Source: Synergistaceae bacterium
Lineage (GTDB): Bacteria; Synergistota; Synergistia; Synergistales; Synergistaceae
Reading direction: 5' to 3'
DNA: 34,888 nt
Assembly (NCBI GenBank): GCA_018063805.1
Contig: JAGPAO010000001.1
Coordinates: 1-34,888, forward strand
The position numbers and the translations under genes are program-made. Below the pieces are notes generated by a model. That model did not search any database. It worked only from the letters and a program-made list of their open reading frames with translations, and was not told the DNA's origin. Positions 34,597 to 34,888 of this stretch are shown one piece after another (position 1 is the first letter of the stretch; each line of letters starts with the position of its first letter).

Positions 34597-34888
34597 GTGT
34601 GTCGGCTTGCGTTCTGTCCCAAAACAGTGACTCTCTCCCTTGCATTGCAAGCCAAATCCTCTGAAAAATACAAAAAATTTAATTTAAGTGATAAAATACG
34701 TCTGTGCTTATGAAGTTATAGGCATTGCGCCAAAAAACGCCATCGTAAATTTAAATGATGGATATTGTCTGTTGTTGTAAAATTCTGTGACAGCAAGCGG
34801 CGAGTGGGTAGAAGATATGTCATTGGGTTTATTGGGCAAGGATGCGCTGATTGCCGCGAACGCTCTTATGGAAATAAGGAGGTTTTAT

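Noticed and set aside
1-34888. Scan for CRISPR arrays, tRNA/rRNA genes, known defence-system hallmarks, toxin-antitoxin pairs and phage genes.
   Set aside because: I saw no regularly spaced direct repeats, no cloverleaf-like or rRNA-like segments, and no nuclease, helicase or methylase gene sets. Apart from the flagged leaders and promoter regions, every intergenic gap over 100 bp looks like ordinary AT-rich promoter or spacer sequence. This was a by-eye scan, so small ncRNAs could have been missed.

Overview
This 34.9 kb bacterial window is gene-dense, with about 42 protein-coding genes and no rRNA, tRNA, CRISPR array, transposase or integrase that I could find by eye. A surface protein ending in a Synerg-CTERM-like sorting tail, a DUF3798-type lipoprotein and the overall gene content suggest a Synergistota-like diderm. 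That taxon call is inference only.

The backbone is plus-strand housekeeping: cheW, PHP phosphoesterase, ltaE, TldD/PmbA peptidase, cell-wall amidase, GerMN protein, rph, rdgB, secG, rplM-rpsI, yhdT-panF, corA, ftsH, ugd, a YyaL-type thioredoxin-domain protein and a DUF3798 lipoprotein.

Three accessory patches interrupt it:

1. **13.0-24.3 kb, between corA and ftsH.** This patch holds a low-GC Crp/Fnr regulator plus cupin, a HlyD / 2x ABC ATPase / ABC-2 permease exporter, and a convergent operon of eight mostly translationally coupled genes. The operon encodes VOC, ACP, KAS III, ACP, SDR, a NeuD-like acyltransferase, an FkbM methyltransferase and an FkbH-like glyceryl-ACP loader. No PKS, NRPS or glycosyltransferase is in view. 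This is my best candidate for an undescribed biosynthetic system.
2. **27.6-29.5 kb.** A TetR + YhdH/AcuI-type oxidoreductase cassette is bracketed by two copies of the ugd 3' end. The second copy is a remnant with a 66-bp in-frame deletion and almost exclusively synonymous differences.
3. **29.6-31.0 kb.** A BspA-type LRR surface protein carries three 255-bp tandem repeats.

All functional calls rest on motifs and family resemblance read from the translations. No database search was run.
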